64,000 nt of DNA, from positions 77,996,001 to 78,060,000 of the forward strand of contig OZ320317.1 of assembly GCA_976226885.1 (NCBI GenBank), read 5' to 3'. Under the pieces are notes generated by a model that searched no databases, had not been told where the DNA came from, and saw only the letters and a list, made by a program, of their open reading frames with translations. The first letter of the stretch is position 1; each line of letters opens with the position of its first letter. Both the position numbers and the translations under genes were made by a program. Of this stretch, positions 41,701-55,100 are shown one piece after another. The stretch is from Iphione sp. A-MEVVRFRX5 (lineage: Eukaryota).

Positions 41701-44700
41701 TACCCGACCCTGCACAGGGTGCAGGGGCAGGTGTTTTTTCCTGGTCGTCCTCTGAGCCTAAGTCTGAAGGATCGCCCCAACTTGTTCAACTACCTCATAT
41801 CCCTCCTCAACCTCATCCTCTATGGTTGTATAGTCCAAATCTGATCTTTTCCACCCCTTAGCTGAGTAAGTCTCCCACTCCTGACAGGGGTAGGCTCTCT
41901 GCTATTAACTCCATCTCCGTCTCAGTGTCATGTTTCCATCACTCATTAGAGGCTCTGGATCTGCAAAAATGTGAAGATTCATCCTCTACTTGAGTGAAGA
42001 GGATCTCACTGCTACCAGCTAAACGTAACATGTCTCTGGTCTCGGATGTGTGAAGGCTTCGCAAAATAAAAACTGTCCACACAAGATATGCATTTGGTGT
42101 CACTGTCTTCAAGTGCAGTTAGAGTCTACAATACAGTGTACTTACCAAACTCAGCAGACTGGCCAATGTAGGTACTACCACTGCCGCCGCCATAACACCA
42201 ATAATTCAGTGGCGCATTCCTGTTATGACAGGTACCATGGTGGCATGGATTTCTTATCCCGCAGTAATTCACTAAAAATATAAACGTGTTTTACATAGAG
42301 TGTTCTACTGAAGAATTTACTAATGTATAACGTACCCTGCCTATGCATTACTAGCTTGCGTTTTGTTACTAAAAGTGCGATAATGAAACGAAATCAGCAA
42401 ATGGCATCGGTCCCATTTAGAAATTACATACGGAATACTGGATGCATTGTGCAATATATAGTTCTATTGACTGGTTGAGTCAATGATATGACATTCACTT
42501 AGATCCATCATATTGAAGTCACTTTACAATACAAGTGCCGACAAATTACCAAATTTTTTATTCAGTTAATCCACTAGGACCAGTGTGTATCCTCATGAAT
42601 GCATCACACTTTCCACATTATATTTATCGCAAAGGGTATATGCATGCATGGAAATGTAGACAATGCCATTCATTCTTATTAAAATATTTTATATTATATG
42701 ATTATTTTATTAAAATAAAGATTATGTACAGTTCATTCTTAGGAATAATTTTGTGAGATCAAATATTCCTAGGGAACGAATGTTTAAGGTGCATCACATG
42801 ATCTCTTTCGGGGCTCTTATCAGCTGGTCTTGGAGTAAATACTGATATACTGATAACATTTTTTTCCCATCTGCTATCCAGTATATATGGTACACTGGTA
42901 CTTTTGGGGATCCTAGCGCAGTTTTTACTTCTAAAACTTCATTAAACAGGTCTGAAGTAGACTTTTGGGTTCTTACCGCGTTCACATGTGGCACCATATG
43001 CCCAAGGAGGACACTCGCAGAGGTAGGAACCGTCAGGCTTCAACTCGCAGGTTCCGTTGTTCTGACAAGGGCTCGCATCACAAAGGCTGGAGTGAGCTGA
43101 GAAATAGAGAATAACTAACCTCTATAGAGGCAACAACTAATATATGAATAATTCGCGATGTGGAGATGGTGTATGTGACATGTTAGCCTCTGGCTCAAGA
43201 GACATGGTTATTGAGGGTTGTGTGGATCAAATATATTTTAAAGGGATCTATTAATGCATAGCACCGGAAGCCCTAAAAGGTTAGATAACTTTATCATAGA
43301 AGGGAATAATTATGTAAGATTTGACTGTGTAGAATGAGCTTCACTGTCCTTATACTTCAATTAGGAATTGTATTGGATAGAATCAAACCACAAAGTCTTT
43401 TATTATGTCCTTATGTAGTTGATATATTAACATGATGATGTACGAGACAGGCAATTCATGTGAATGTAAAGCATGGTGGAGTGATCAAGTGTTCGTGAAC
43501 ACCCAACGAGGACTTACCCTAATTCAAAGTACCATCATTTCAAATGAACAATGTGCCGACTATGCCAAGAGGGTTAGATCCCATGAATCAACAGACAAGT
43601 GTTTTTTTGAATAATGAACACTGCTTGATTACATTGTCAGTTAGGTCGTCTGATTCTAAATTTATGACAATTTTACATGTTGCTGGAGGTTATGCTAAAA
43701 ATTACTCTGATTCTTGGAAATACAGGGAAAAGGAAATCGCAAAATTAATCTTCTATTATACTCAAAGAAACTTGAAAGTGAGTACCAAAGCCATTATTTT
43801 CTTTTAAATTGATTATAAAAGGATACAAAAATAGAAACCTAGGAAATATGGCAGGAATAACATACTGTCCTAATTTTGTCTACCAGTTTTGTAATATAAT
43901 GCCTTGTAGGCTTATTTAATTCAAAACAGGTATCTCGGCCTCATATAATACATGTACTTCAGCTCTACACCCTCTAGTTATACTGTGCGTGTATGTAACT
44001 ATTATTACATCAATGAAACATGAGGGATGCTGAGCGCGACGCCTGAGTCTAAAACCATCTAAGCATGCCTTCTTCATGACAAAACTACTTAACTGCTAAA
44101 ATACCCTTTCCTTTGATACGCGAATCTCCGCCAACTTACGTTCGAGAAGCAAAGGCTTAACTGCCAGGGACATGAGGTCGGCGCTGGAATCGAACTCGTA
44201 GATGTTCCCCACTTTGAGATTATTGATCGCCACCTCGTTTTTGCTTACGGTCCTCGAAAGGTCATCAGAGGTCAGACCGGTATCCGTCAGTGATCCGTCT
44301 GCTTTGAGGCCGGCAACGCAGTATACGGTATTGTTGGCGTAGTAATGGATGCCAACGATATGTCCTTTCTGCACTGGTGTGTGCGCTATGTAAACAGTTC
44401 CTCGGGTCCACCGGTAATATGTGGCATGTGCCAAGGACACCACGCGATAGCGGTTAGCTTCTTCCAACGGCTGCCAGACGCCTATGGAGAAGCTTCCGCA
44501 GTAGCCTCTAGAGCGGTACTCCCAACCGACCAGCGTGGCGCTAGTAGCGAATGCCAAGTCTAAGAAGAGGGTGCTCTTGACGGGGCCGTAGTACTGAGGG
44601 TTGCCGGAGAGGTAGGTGTAGGGGAACTGCCACCCTGTTAGAAGTAGCAGACGGAAAATGTATTCAATCTCGTCTTGTTCTTTGTCATATTGAGACTCAT

Positions 44701-47700
44701 ATATATTCTCAGGATGTACAATGTAAAGATATGAGTATAACATATGATCAAAGAAAGATGACATAAATTAAAATTGTTTCATCCAAAGATGTGACAAGGG
44801 TTAAAAGTTACAGTGTGGGAATATATATTTAGACAATCTTTGTATAATGTATATGGTTTATTGATTTAGCTTTAGATAGGATTAAAAAGTTTGAAAAATA
44901 GGTACACCTATTAGGAGGAAGCTAAACAATATGCCCTTGAAATGCCAATATGTGAGCTGTGTTGTTTGTCAAATTCTTGGAAAACTCTTTATTGAGTGAT
45001 GGTTCTGACAATAAACAATTTCAATTCAATTCAATTCAACGGCGAATATGTCCAACAACTTCTTTAGCCTTGTGCTGTACAATCTTTGAAACTGGACACG
45101 TAGTAGAGTTATGATCTACTTTGACCATACTCCTTTCCATTTGCTAGAAGATTTTGTTTATAAAACGTCCAGTGGAGAGAGACACCGTTACCGTTACACC
45201 TACCTGGCTCAATTACCCAGTAGGTGTCGTAAGCATGTGTGGATGCAGTATAGCTCATTTCGGTGGGTGATGAGCATCTGTACACGAGGCAGAACCTACT
45301 GGACCTGAATAGGGATGTCTACATTAATCTGGCATTCAATAATGAATTCACTGATGGAAAGTCACTTAATGTTGCCTATTGTAGAAATGCTCCTTGATAA
45401 TGGTGGAACCCTATAAAAAAAAATCTATGTACATAACTGCATGTCTATGCAAGAAAATGTAAGCCCACTGTACAGGTTGTCTGTCTTCCTGCTTCGATTT
45501 CCTTCGCCGTACAATATGAATTACTTGCACTGTTATGTGTGTCTAACGACATACACATGATATTGATGAGTTATTATCACACTTGTGATATACCTACCCG
45601 AAGGAGAAGACGTTGGAACCAGAGTTAGCGAAAGCAGCTTCATAGCAATCTCTGAAGTATTGTTTCGTACCCGAATGCATGGTAGTGCAGTTTGACGGCA
45701 CCTTTTTCTCTCCCCCTTTTACCAGGTTATAAAAGCGAGGCTCTGGAAAGCCAACATAGACAGAGACACAGGAAAATATGTAAATTCACATGGTCTACTT
45801 CTTTTAACGTGCATTTGAATTAGCATTACTATCCGATATTTTTTTCAACAAGGATAACCACAATCATGTACGAGGAGGTCGGTGCAGAAAGACCATTCAA
45901 CTATAGGTCGGCAACCCCAGGGAGAAGGTATGTCTTCTTGAACTCAGTAAAATATAACACAAGTATCGAGGAAACACACCTCAGGAGGAAGGGCAACAGT
46001 TCAGCTCGATCAGTACTAGCCGCTTCAGTAAATGGCATCAAAAGACATCTACAGTCAAACGCCTATTTGCGACCGTACCAAATTTCAACCATTCTCGCTA
46101 ATACGACCACCTGAGCGTGGACCAGAAGTGCTAGATTGTCATATATCTTTGATCAGTACGCGACCATTCCTACTAATGCGACCACTTGAGCTCAGACCAG
46201 AGTGTTGGTTGCAAATAGGAGTTCGACTGTAGTCAAAACATGTCAATTTTTCACATTTGCACGTCATTGCGTGCAGTACAAGTAACTGTCATTGCATTCA
46301 ACAAGACTCCCGGGATGGGGGTGGGGTGGGGGGGGGCGCGGGGTGGTTCCTACTGCTAATATCACTGATATTACAGGAAATGTCATGTCTATTTGCACAC
46401 CCTCTCTCCAGGGCTGTCTTTTGGTTCTTCATATATGACTCTACATGATTGCATACTGTTAAAGGTCATTATAGGAGCCGATGATGGATGTATCTAGGCA
46501 AAACTTATATTTTATAACATTTATATGTATTTGTTAAATGGAACACGCAAACCTCTAACTCAATCGTTTACTGGATCTCAAAACAGGTTCTTGTGAAATA
46601 ATACAGAATCTTTGAAAACCATCATCTTTTCAGCACTCACCGTTCTCACAGTTAAAACCATTGTACTGTAATTGACAGGAACAGTAGTAGGAGTAGCCCC
46701 CATAGAAGACGCACGTACCACCGTGTAAACAGGGGTTGCTTTCACAGGGATCTGAGAAGGAAGGACAATCAGGGGTGAACATTTTCAAAGGCAAAGGTCG
46801 ATTATTCAATTATTCGATGTGCAATTGATGTGGTTAGTAGGTATAGCTGCATAGAGTAGTGCTTCCCCCAGTTGCTGTCTGTGTCATATCATGAGACCTT
46901 ATCATACCCACGGTTACATGAGAGAAAGACAAATATATTTACGTCTTTCAAAGACCTATCATTAACAATGTTCAATATTAACCCTAGCTAGGAAATGCAT
47001 AATGGTAACCATTTTCCCAATTTGTATACGCTAATCAGGCTTAACCAAAAAATATCTGTGTTTCCAGTGTCCTGACAGACCCTGATTTTTTGACCTAATG
47101 GACCTTTTATTGTTTTGTGAACATCTTCATAATCGATAACGCTACAGATATATGTAATACACCATCGTATTTCTTGTTGACTTTCACGTGATATAGAAGT
47201 GCTGGGGTCACTGAAATCCAAGCATGGACCTACCAGAGCTGTACACCTCCACCTCGCAAATCTCCATGCTCACATTCAGGCCCGACGAGTTCACCTTGAT
47301 CCCCACGAACTTTCCCAGCAAAGGCATGTTACATGTGATGTCATGAGGAACATCGGAGCTGCTGGAGAACTCAAACAACCCGCATAGCACAAAGGATTCC
47401 ACCTGCCATGCGATCTGGTTGAAGTTGTTGGTTACCACCACGGAGACGGTGAAAGGTCCGGCGGTGGCTACAACGAAAATGCGAAATGTGCTCTGAAGGT
47501 TCCCTCCGACCAGTACGTAGATGTTACTAATAGATATATGATGCATCCTCGCTTTTGGACAGTGTCGCTTACATTGTATATCCCCTTTTACCACCGTACA
47601 AGCAAAATATCGAAGTACTTCAGGTCGTATAAGAAGCTAGATATATTGGATGGCTATGTATCCTCGACTGCATTGCTACACATGCATAAGTAAGATTGGA

Positions 47701-50700
47701 GTGCGTGCTTAAAATCAAAGCATCTGTTTCAATTGGATTTCTTGTATGAGCAAATCCTGGTTGTAAAACCTGTCAACAAGAAAAGTTATCTTGTTTAAAG
47801 GCAGTCTTTCCCGAAGATGTAAAATTCATATTGCATGTGCTTTCTGCTCCCCTCTTTACATATCTGCTGACTGAGATGGAACATACAGAAATGCTTTTAT
47901 AAAAAATGCTTCAACTTTAAAAATATCAAATAGAGATATTATAACCGACAAGAGGGAGCTAAAAAGAAATTACTGATAGGATATACACGTACTTAACAAA
48001 GATAAACAAAGATGCGTAAAGGGAAGCACGCCGTCATCGGAATTGGGTTCGGAAAATCTCAGAGGATGTTGTAGATGTACTCACCCTCGAACTCATCTCG
48101 AATATCCAGCCCGTTGATCCTGACCAGGGTGGGTGCTACATTCGTTCTGAGGTCAACAATCCACCAGGGGTCTACCTCCGTATTGGTACGCGCGCATGGC
48201 ACACACAGCTGGGCCGTGCGGGCGCCGTCGGTGGCGTACTGAGCCAGGGTCGACCCGTTGGTACTTTTCTGGTAGACTTTGATGTTTGACGTCGATCTAA
48301 TGAGGTTGGTGCTCTCTGTCAGTAGCACAGAGGGGGAAATACAGAGATTATTAGATAAGACGAGTCTGAACGTTAACCTGTTTCAAGTATTTTTTACCAA
48401 ATGTAGACCTAGATTATTAGCACTATAACCAGCTCGCCCCGTCGCTGATTCAAGCAGTAACCAACTCAGAACATGAGCTCCTCAACGCTGCCTACCTCCT
48501 CGAAAGCTTTATAACCGCTGCGGTATTCAATATGTGCTCCCTCCACATAAATAGGTATAGGTAACTTCAACTCGCAAGAATAAAATTACAATCATTTAAA
48601 TCGCCAACAGTGCAAGATGAGTAGTATATGGTGGAAATCATCAATGGAACAAGTTGGCTATTGAGTAAACCACTCTGTACCTCTCTGGGATACGAATTTT
48701 ATGTAACAGATATATCTAAACGTGATACAATAGCACATGGATTCCGTGCATGTAGACTTATATTCACATTCTTACAAAACTTCAATTAAATCCGTCTACA
48801 AATCACCAATATTCCACATGGGTAACATGGTAGAAAACGCAGGAAAGTGCCAGAATAATTTGAACTCAAATAGATGTGCTCTGACGTTAATATGGCGTAC
48901 TATATCTGGCTACCTACCTATCTCACAGAAGCGTCCGACAGCCCCCTCAGGACAAACACACTGGTAGGTACCGAGATCCGGGAAACCAACACAAGTACTG
49001 GAGGCATTGCAAGCAGCGCTATAACAGGGATCTATAGGAGAAAACAGCATCAATTGGGCACTCGGATAATAATAATTGTCATAAAGATATAGAGAGAATT
49101 TGTCGGACAACATAATATGCAGTGTACTTGTAAGGCGCATATACATGTGCTTATATAGGCTTATATTGAGTTGCTTATATTGAGGCCTTAGCTATACATT
49201 CAGTATGTACATGGTAGATATAATATGTGCATGCCGGCACGTGGAATATAATCCAGGCTACTGGATTACTGAGACGGAACAAGGTACCCATCTTATTCAG
49301 TCGGTTTTCTCAGAGCCAGTTCAGCTGTCAGAAGTCTGTTTGTCAGTAGTCTAGTAGTCCAGTTTTCAGTAGTCTATTAGTAATCTAGCCTTCAGTAGTG
49401 CAGTAGTCAGTAGTCCGGTAGTCTAGCAATATCAGTGGAATAAAAGTCTAGTAGTCAGTTAAATAACAGTCAGAGGACATGTGACCTTGACCTCCCGATC
49501 ATGACCTGCACGGCGTGTTTTTTCATTAATGAACGAGCGGGCATACCGACGTTAATGTGTGGCTGCAGACCAAAGCCATAGAATAACGATGGCTGCCAGT
49601 TAGCGGTGACGGTGGTGCCCTCTGTCAAGTCACTGTCCACCATGCCGATAGTCGCCATGGAGGAGTTAGTGGAGGAGCCCTCCGAAGATATGGGGATTAC
49701 TACAGTCGAGCTCAATGAGTCGTAGTGGACCCCGAGCATCTGACCACTGTACACCTGGTTATAGTAGAACAAAAGCAAGGATTAAATAACTCTGGGTGAA
49801 GGAAAATATGAATTGTAACTGTCAATTGGAACCTATTGGCATAAGGATATGAAATTCAAGAAGCTACCCTACAGGGTAGGGTGAGCATGAACATTGTAAA
49901 CACACATACATGTGCACAATCACACACATATGTATAAGTATGCACATGCAAATATATCCATAGGAACGAACACATTTATAGAAGACACACTTCAAACACC
50001 ATCTAACCTGTAAAGGTTCATATGTAACAGCATACACTATACCGGTCATAAGGACTCACCATGATGCGTTCAGATTCCTCAAACACCCGGGTATTTAAAC
50101 CCGTAGTCGTTGCCTCCACTTTCACCTTGTTTGTTAAGTTAAGAGTATCCGCTACTCCTGCTGAGCCATCCATTTCTGTGATATTAGACCACAGACCCAG
50201 CCAGAAGCTGCCGACGTTGAGAGCGTAGAAGGAGAGTCCCACCAGCGCGCCGCCGGACGTTACCGCTTGGCTCGTGATGGTCAGCTGAACGTCTCCCGTT
50301 CCATCCAGGGCGGTGAGGGTCTGCGCCGGGTACCCATAGGCTACGTTCCGAGATATCACCGGCGGTTAGTTCAAGGGAGAAAGGTATGTTTCTGCTTTCG
50401 CGAATATTCGCTTATGCACAGCCAGATTTTTCATTTTAGTGGGTCCATGTCATTCTCACTGTTGTACAAAACCGCTGCTACATTGCCCCTTTCTTTGATG
50501 CTACAGTCTAGTACAATATCTGACACAGGTGAGCAGAGGAGCATACCGACAGCTATGGGTTGGACAGCAATGGACTTACCTGTTTGACAATATTTGCCGA
50601 AGGACCAGTAGTGGCAGTGGCAGGAGTACTCGGAGTAGTCTTTCATCACACAGGTGCCATTGAAGAGACATGGTTCACTGAGGCAGGGGTCTAGAAATCA

Positions 50701-52081
50701 GACATACAAATAAATGCATTACTTGGACGTCCTGCACCATGTCCTCCATGGACATCTTGACTGGGTTTTATAAGGTGACAGGTATAACTCGAGTTGATAA
50801 ACGAGCTGGGTTTCATATCTACAATAATAGCCTGATAACCACAATTCTGATTTATTCAGATCCCGGCCACGATTCTAGTCCTCTCCGATACAATGCGAAT
50901 GTTTGTGATTTCAACATTTGCCAATGATCGATGGCGGATATGCATGCCCCGAGTGCCATTTCTTATATAAATGGTTTCTTATAGCTTCAACCTGTTCCCA
51001 CATGAGGTATACCCTCTGCGTGTTGATGCTTGACTGTATTCCTGTTGTCTACATGTATATCACTTTTCATATCACAAACGAAGCAACCACAGGCTGAGGT
51101 GGCCATATATTTGAGCTGGTCCCTTCCTGGATGTTTCCACATGCAATATTATACGTGTGTAAGCAAATGATCTGCACGGAGCAAATTCGATCCGTAATTG
51201 CCCAATATCGGTCCATTTCAGCTGAGCACATCAGGGGGTTTCTCTGTGTAATGTAAGCGCGTGTGTTAGATTGCGAACAAGTGAGGACTTGTACGTGATA
51301 TTAGCGAAGGTGCACCTGAACTAATTTCAACCCAGATACATGTCAACTCTAATCTAACCCTTGTGTGACCATCAGAACAGGTAGGGGACGCCTATACTAA
51401 ACGAGATGAAGAGGCATGGAAGAGGTAACAAGCAGTTACACTGAATGGGCTAAGAGGCATAGACACCTAAACAATATTAGATATTGGGACTTGAGACAAG
51501 GGCTGCTTGCCACTCAACAATATTAATCAAAAGGGGTTACTGTCTAGACGCAAGCCATCCTTCGTCCAATATTAGGCTATTGTTGGGGAACATTGGTTGC
51601 ATTATCAGGCTGACAAACCATTTAGACCCGGTTTCCTTGTGCACGGATTTTGTCTCCAGACCACGGACTACAAGGTCCGGAAAAAAACGATCTCACTGAT
51701 TTTAGCCGAGGGTGTTCCATGTGTACAGGTAAGTAGTCTGTGGTCCGTGGTCTGGAGACAGAAAACGAGCACTGCTCATTTTTTTTCCGGACCACACATG
51801 CACAGACCAGTAGGATAGAGAGATGGGGTTTAGGCCTGGTTTCCAGGGGTGTCCTCTGTCTCTGGGTGTCTATCAAATGATAGATATTGTGAATTATTTT
51901 GTGATTTACATATCATTTGCATTTAAAAAAACTCACCATTTACACAGACTCAGGCAGAATTACTTCTGATCAGCACAAAAAACTTGACATTTACACAGAT
52001 ACACAGATTTGAGTGGAATTCCTTCCTATCAGCACAAAAAACTCGATATTTACACAGATTCAGGCAGATTTCTCTCCAATC

Positions 52082-52130
<49 letters not shown>

Positions 52131-55100
52131 CATGCACTATGGAAAAAAATCTATCCACAAGGAAACCGGGTCTCTGTGCTTGTCCAGAAAATGGGTTGTT
52201 TTCTGCACTTAACATACAGTCCAGAAAAAAAAGACATACACAAGGAAACCGGGCCTTAGTCAGTGGTGCACCATTAGCTGTCAGCAATCAAGGAACTGAA
52301 CCAGGTTTGGGCCATTATCTGGTGTCAATGGTCAGGTTGCAGATCTGAGACCAATTAGAGGACAATATCGTTATATTTGTATCGAATACAATTTAACTGA
52401 CTTACATAATCTAATTTGATAAGTAAATATACAGTTCTAATAAAGAAAAGTCAATAGCCGTTTGTTTAACCCATTAAGAGCTGGACCCCTGCCACTACAG
52501 GGTGAGGACACCTAGCTGAACAACCTTCGATAGGAGGAGGGGCATTTATATAATGATGCCATTCAAAGCATGCTAAATATAAGGTGTGCAAATAAAAATG
52601 ATTTCTTGGAGTTCATAAAGAAAACTGAACTTATTTTAATTGCTTTACATGTGTTCTTTATGGGAAATGCCACAAAATTTAGGAAACAATATAACAACAT
52701 ACTTTGTTTGCCCTTTACATGGGAATGCCTTCATGCATCATCAGGATTTTACCTGGGAATGTCTTCAGGCATTATCTGCCCTGTTAGGATTGATCAGTTA
52801 TCAGGATTGCATTATGATACCGATACTGAGGTTGACAATAATTTCTCTTTCTCTTCCTTCACACTATACTGAAGGCCAATAACAATTTATATCTTAATGT
52901 ATGGTTCTCCCAACGACCCTGGACAACTCGCTGTGGAGATTATTGCCTTTTCACTGTGATTGCCAAGTGCCAAGATTATTTGAAGACAGATAAGGTAGGT
53001 ACCTTTCATAATGAGAGGCCGCATCATGAGACGAGCGGTGTAGGCGGCCGTGGTGGCCGCCACCTCTGTGTCTATGCCTAATGCCCCCGTTGTGGTGTAC
53101 GTGGCTATCTGTTTCAGGTCGGAGGACCCATAACCGGTGCCGGAGATTGACTTCCGCGAGTCCATCATGGCCACCAACCCGTAGGCGGTGACATCAAGAG
53201 ACGGTTGCTGCGTCACTGCAGGGGCAACTATGTTGTCTGCAGCTTCGGTTGTGACGTCTAGAGCAGATTGTGTGGTGTCGGCTGGGTGGGCTGGATGGGG
53301 GAAGGTGATGAGGCTAGGGTTCCAGATGGCATCCACGTAGTGTATACCGAAGAAGTCGCCCGTGTCTACTACTAGGTGGCGCCGCGGAGGCAGATTCGAG
53401 GCGAAGAAGCCATAGCCTGGGAGGAAGCGCAGGGTGGTGACGTGCACGTAGTCAGTGAGGAGGAAAGTCGAGCCCGATGTGTTCCATATTCCTAGTATAA
53501 ACTGGCCACCCTACAGAGAGGAGCACTACGCAATATAATCGGAAATGGGGACTGGAAATTTTTTTCAGCCTAGCTACCTAGATATACATGTACTGCAAAA
53601 CTGGTACTTGTTGAAAGTAGAACATATAAGAATAAATTCATTATGAAGGTTTAAGGAACAGCTCGGTCTTTACTCCCGGGCAAGTGGTTCATCGCGTAAA
53701 AGGGCTGATATATTGAAAAGTGCCTGAACGGGAAGACCTGCGTATCTTTCATTCAATGAGAAGTATACGGGTCTATATGGGTAAAATTTCCAAGTTGTTT
53801 TGATATTTTGCAGTACAAACATATTCAAAGTCAAGCACCTTTCTAGGTACGTCTACTGGATATAGCAAATTGAAATTGTATAAAGAAATACGCCGGAGAG
53901 GAAGTAATAACAGGAGTAATCTTTCCATAGAATTTCGACTATTTTCGACTATTTGAAGGCTAAAGCAGAATCGTCTTACACACCATAGTCATGAAATAAC
54001 TATTGCTGATTTCTTGACGTCTGGACAAAGATGGCCCACTGAATTCGACAATATGGATTTTAGCCCTAATCCATGTTTGTTGGTTATGGTTCATTGAATT
54101 GTCTTCAACGTTAAGGATAGAGTTAGTTTTAAAACAATTTATCCCTTAAAATGTTTTAAATCTACATGCTTCTTACTTCTCAACCACAGGGATATTCATA
54201 ACGGCACTTCAATTGTGGTGTTTGTATTAAAATACATGTATGCATTGCTTGTATACCGAGAATCGTTTTTCTCGGTTATGGTTTCTGTTCTTTACTGAAC
54301 AATTTCACACAGCCATACAAACTATGCTCAGTCCACCTTTACTAGTGATAGCAGGATAAAACACTCTCAAGAAGAGGATCAGTAAAAGGTCACCCGACTT
54401 ACGTTATATGCCAAGTAATCGAGTCCGGCCAGGTATCCCTGACAGGAGGTGGGTATGCTTTCCTCAATTATCAGTTCCCTTCCAGGTACTTCCTCGTTTG
54501 GTGTTACATCCAGAGAGGTGGAAAGGATGCCGCAGTCATCTGCAGAGATTCGGTCAACAAGTTAAACATATATTTGCTGGCAGACACTAAGAAAATCCAG
54601 CAATAGGCAAAACCGTTATAACATGAGAGACTCTCAGGTATTCAGGGGTCATGCTTTACATGTATTTGATGGTCATGCTCATGGATGTAGCGGCGGAACT
54701 GAGTGAATAAGCCAACATAGATTGATAACTGACTTGTTCACGTGTGTGCAGTCTTCCCGCTTAAATGTCTGCGTTTGTGCAAAGTGAATCAGTTTGGTGT
54801 AGATTTTTACAGAAATGGATTCATGAACATAAAAACTTCAACATCTGCTCCAGTTTGGATATCTGGAAGTCGTTCAGTCGTGCATCCTTGTGTGGGTTGC
54901 ACATAAAATGAAGCGATTTCCATAAAAGATAACATATTCATGTAAAGCCAGCATACACCTATCATTATAGTGGGAAGACCAACAGTTGAACAGTTGACAT
55001 TACGCTAACAGTTGTTTATGAGTGGATCAGTTATTACCTAATTGCTAGAATATGTTTACAAATGGTAGAATCTCTTACAAGAATCGTTTAGAGCTGGCTG

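Larger units (their letters stand above)
35250..42230 (-). mobile_element. Ty3/Gypsy LTR retrotransposon, decayed
   Basis: gag with CCHC knuckle [14 protein letters not shown] (~40420-40460), protease (~40050-40300), RT ([21 protein letters not shown] ~39340), RNase H, then integrase (WAVDVAGPF ~38390): PR-RT-RH-IN order. PBS-like TGGTAGCAG at 42009-42017. Right boundary uncertain (42127-42230). Confidence 0.92.

Noticed and set aside
43540-43830. MCRLCQEG motif suggesting a LINE C-terminal zinc finger
   Set aside because: Single short motif followed by a stop; insufficient evidence.
45866-46232. Plus-strand ORFs starting [11 protein letters not shown] with a donor-like AG|gtatgt
   Set aside because: Short, antisense within an intron, no recognisable homology.
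50341-50579. Possible U12 or AC-terminated intron (cccttgaactaac)
   Set aside because: Donor is GTAAGT (U2), not RTATCCTT, and a usable AG with normal branch spacing exists.
51984-52348. ORFs containing RE or SL dipeptide runs (also 5467-5733)
   Set aside because: Artefacts of (GA)n microsatellites.
53520-54160. Possible Kolobok/MITE-like element (ttaaggaacag start, short inverted motifs)
   Set aside because: No matching opposite terminus found.
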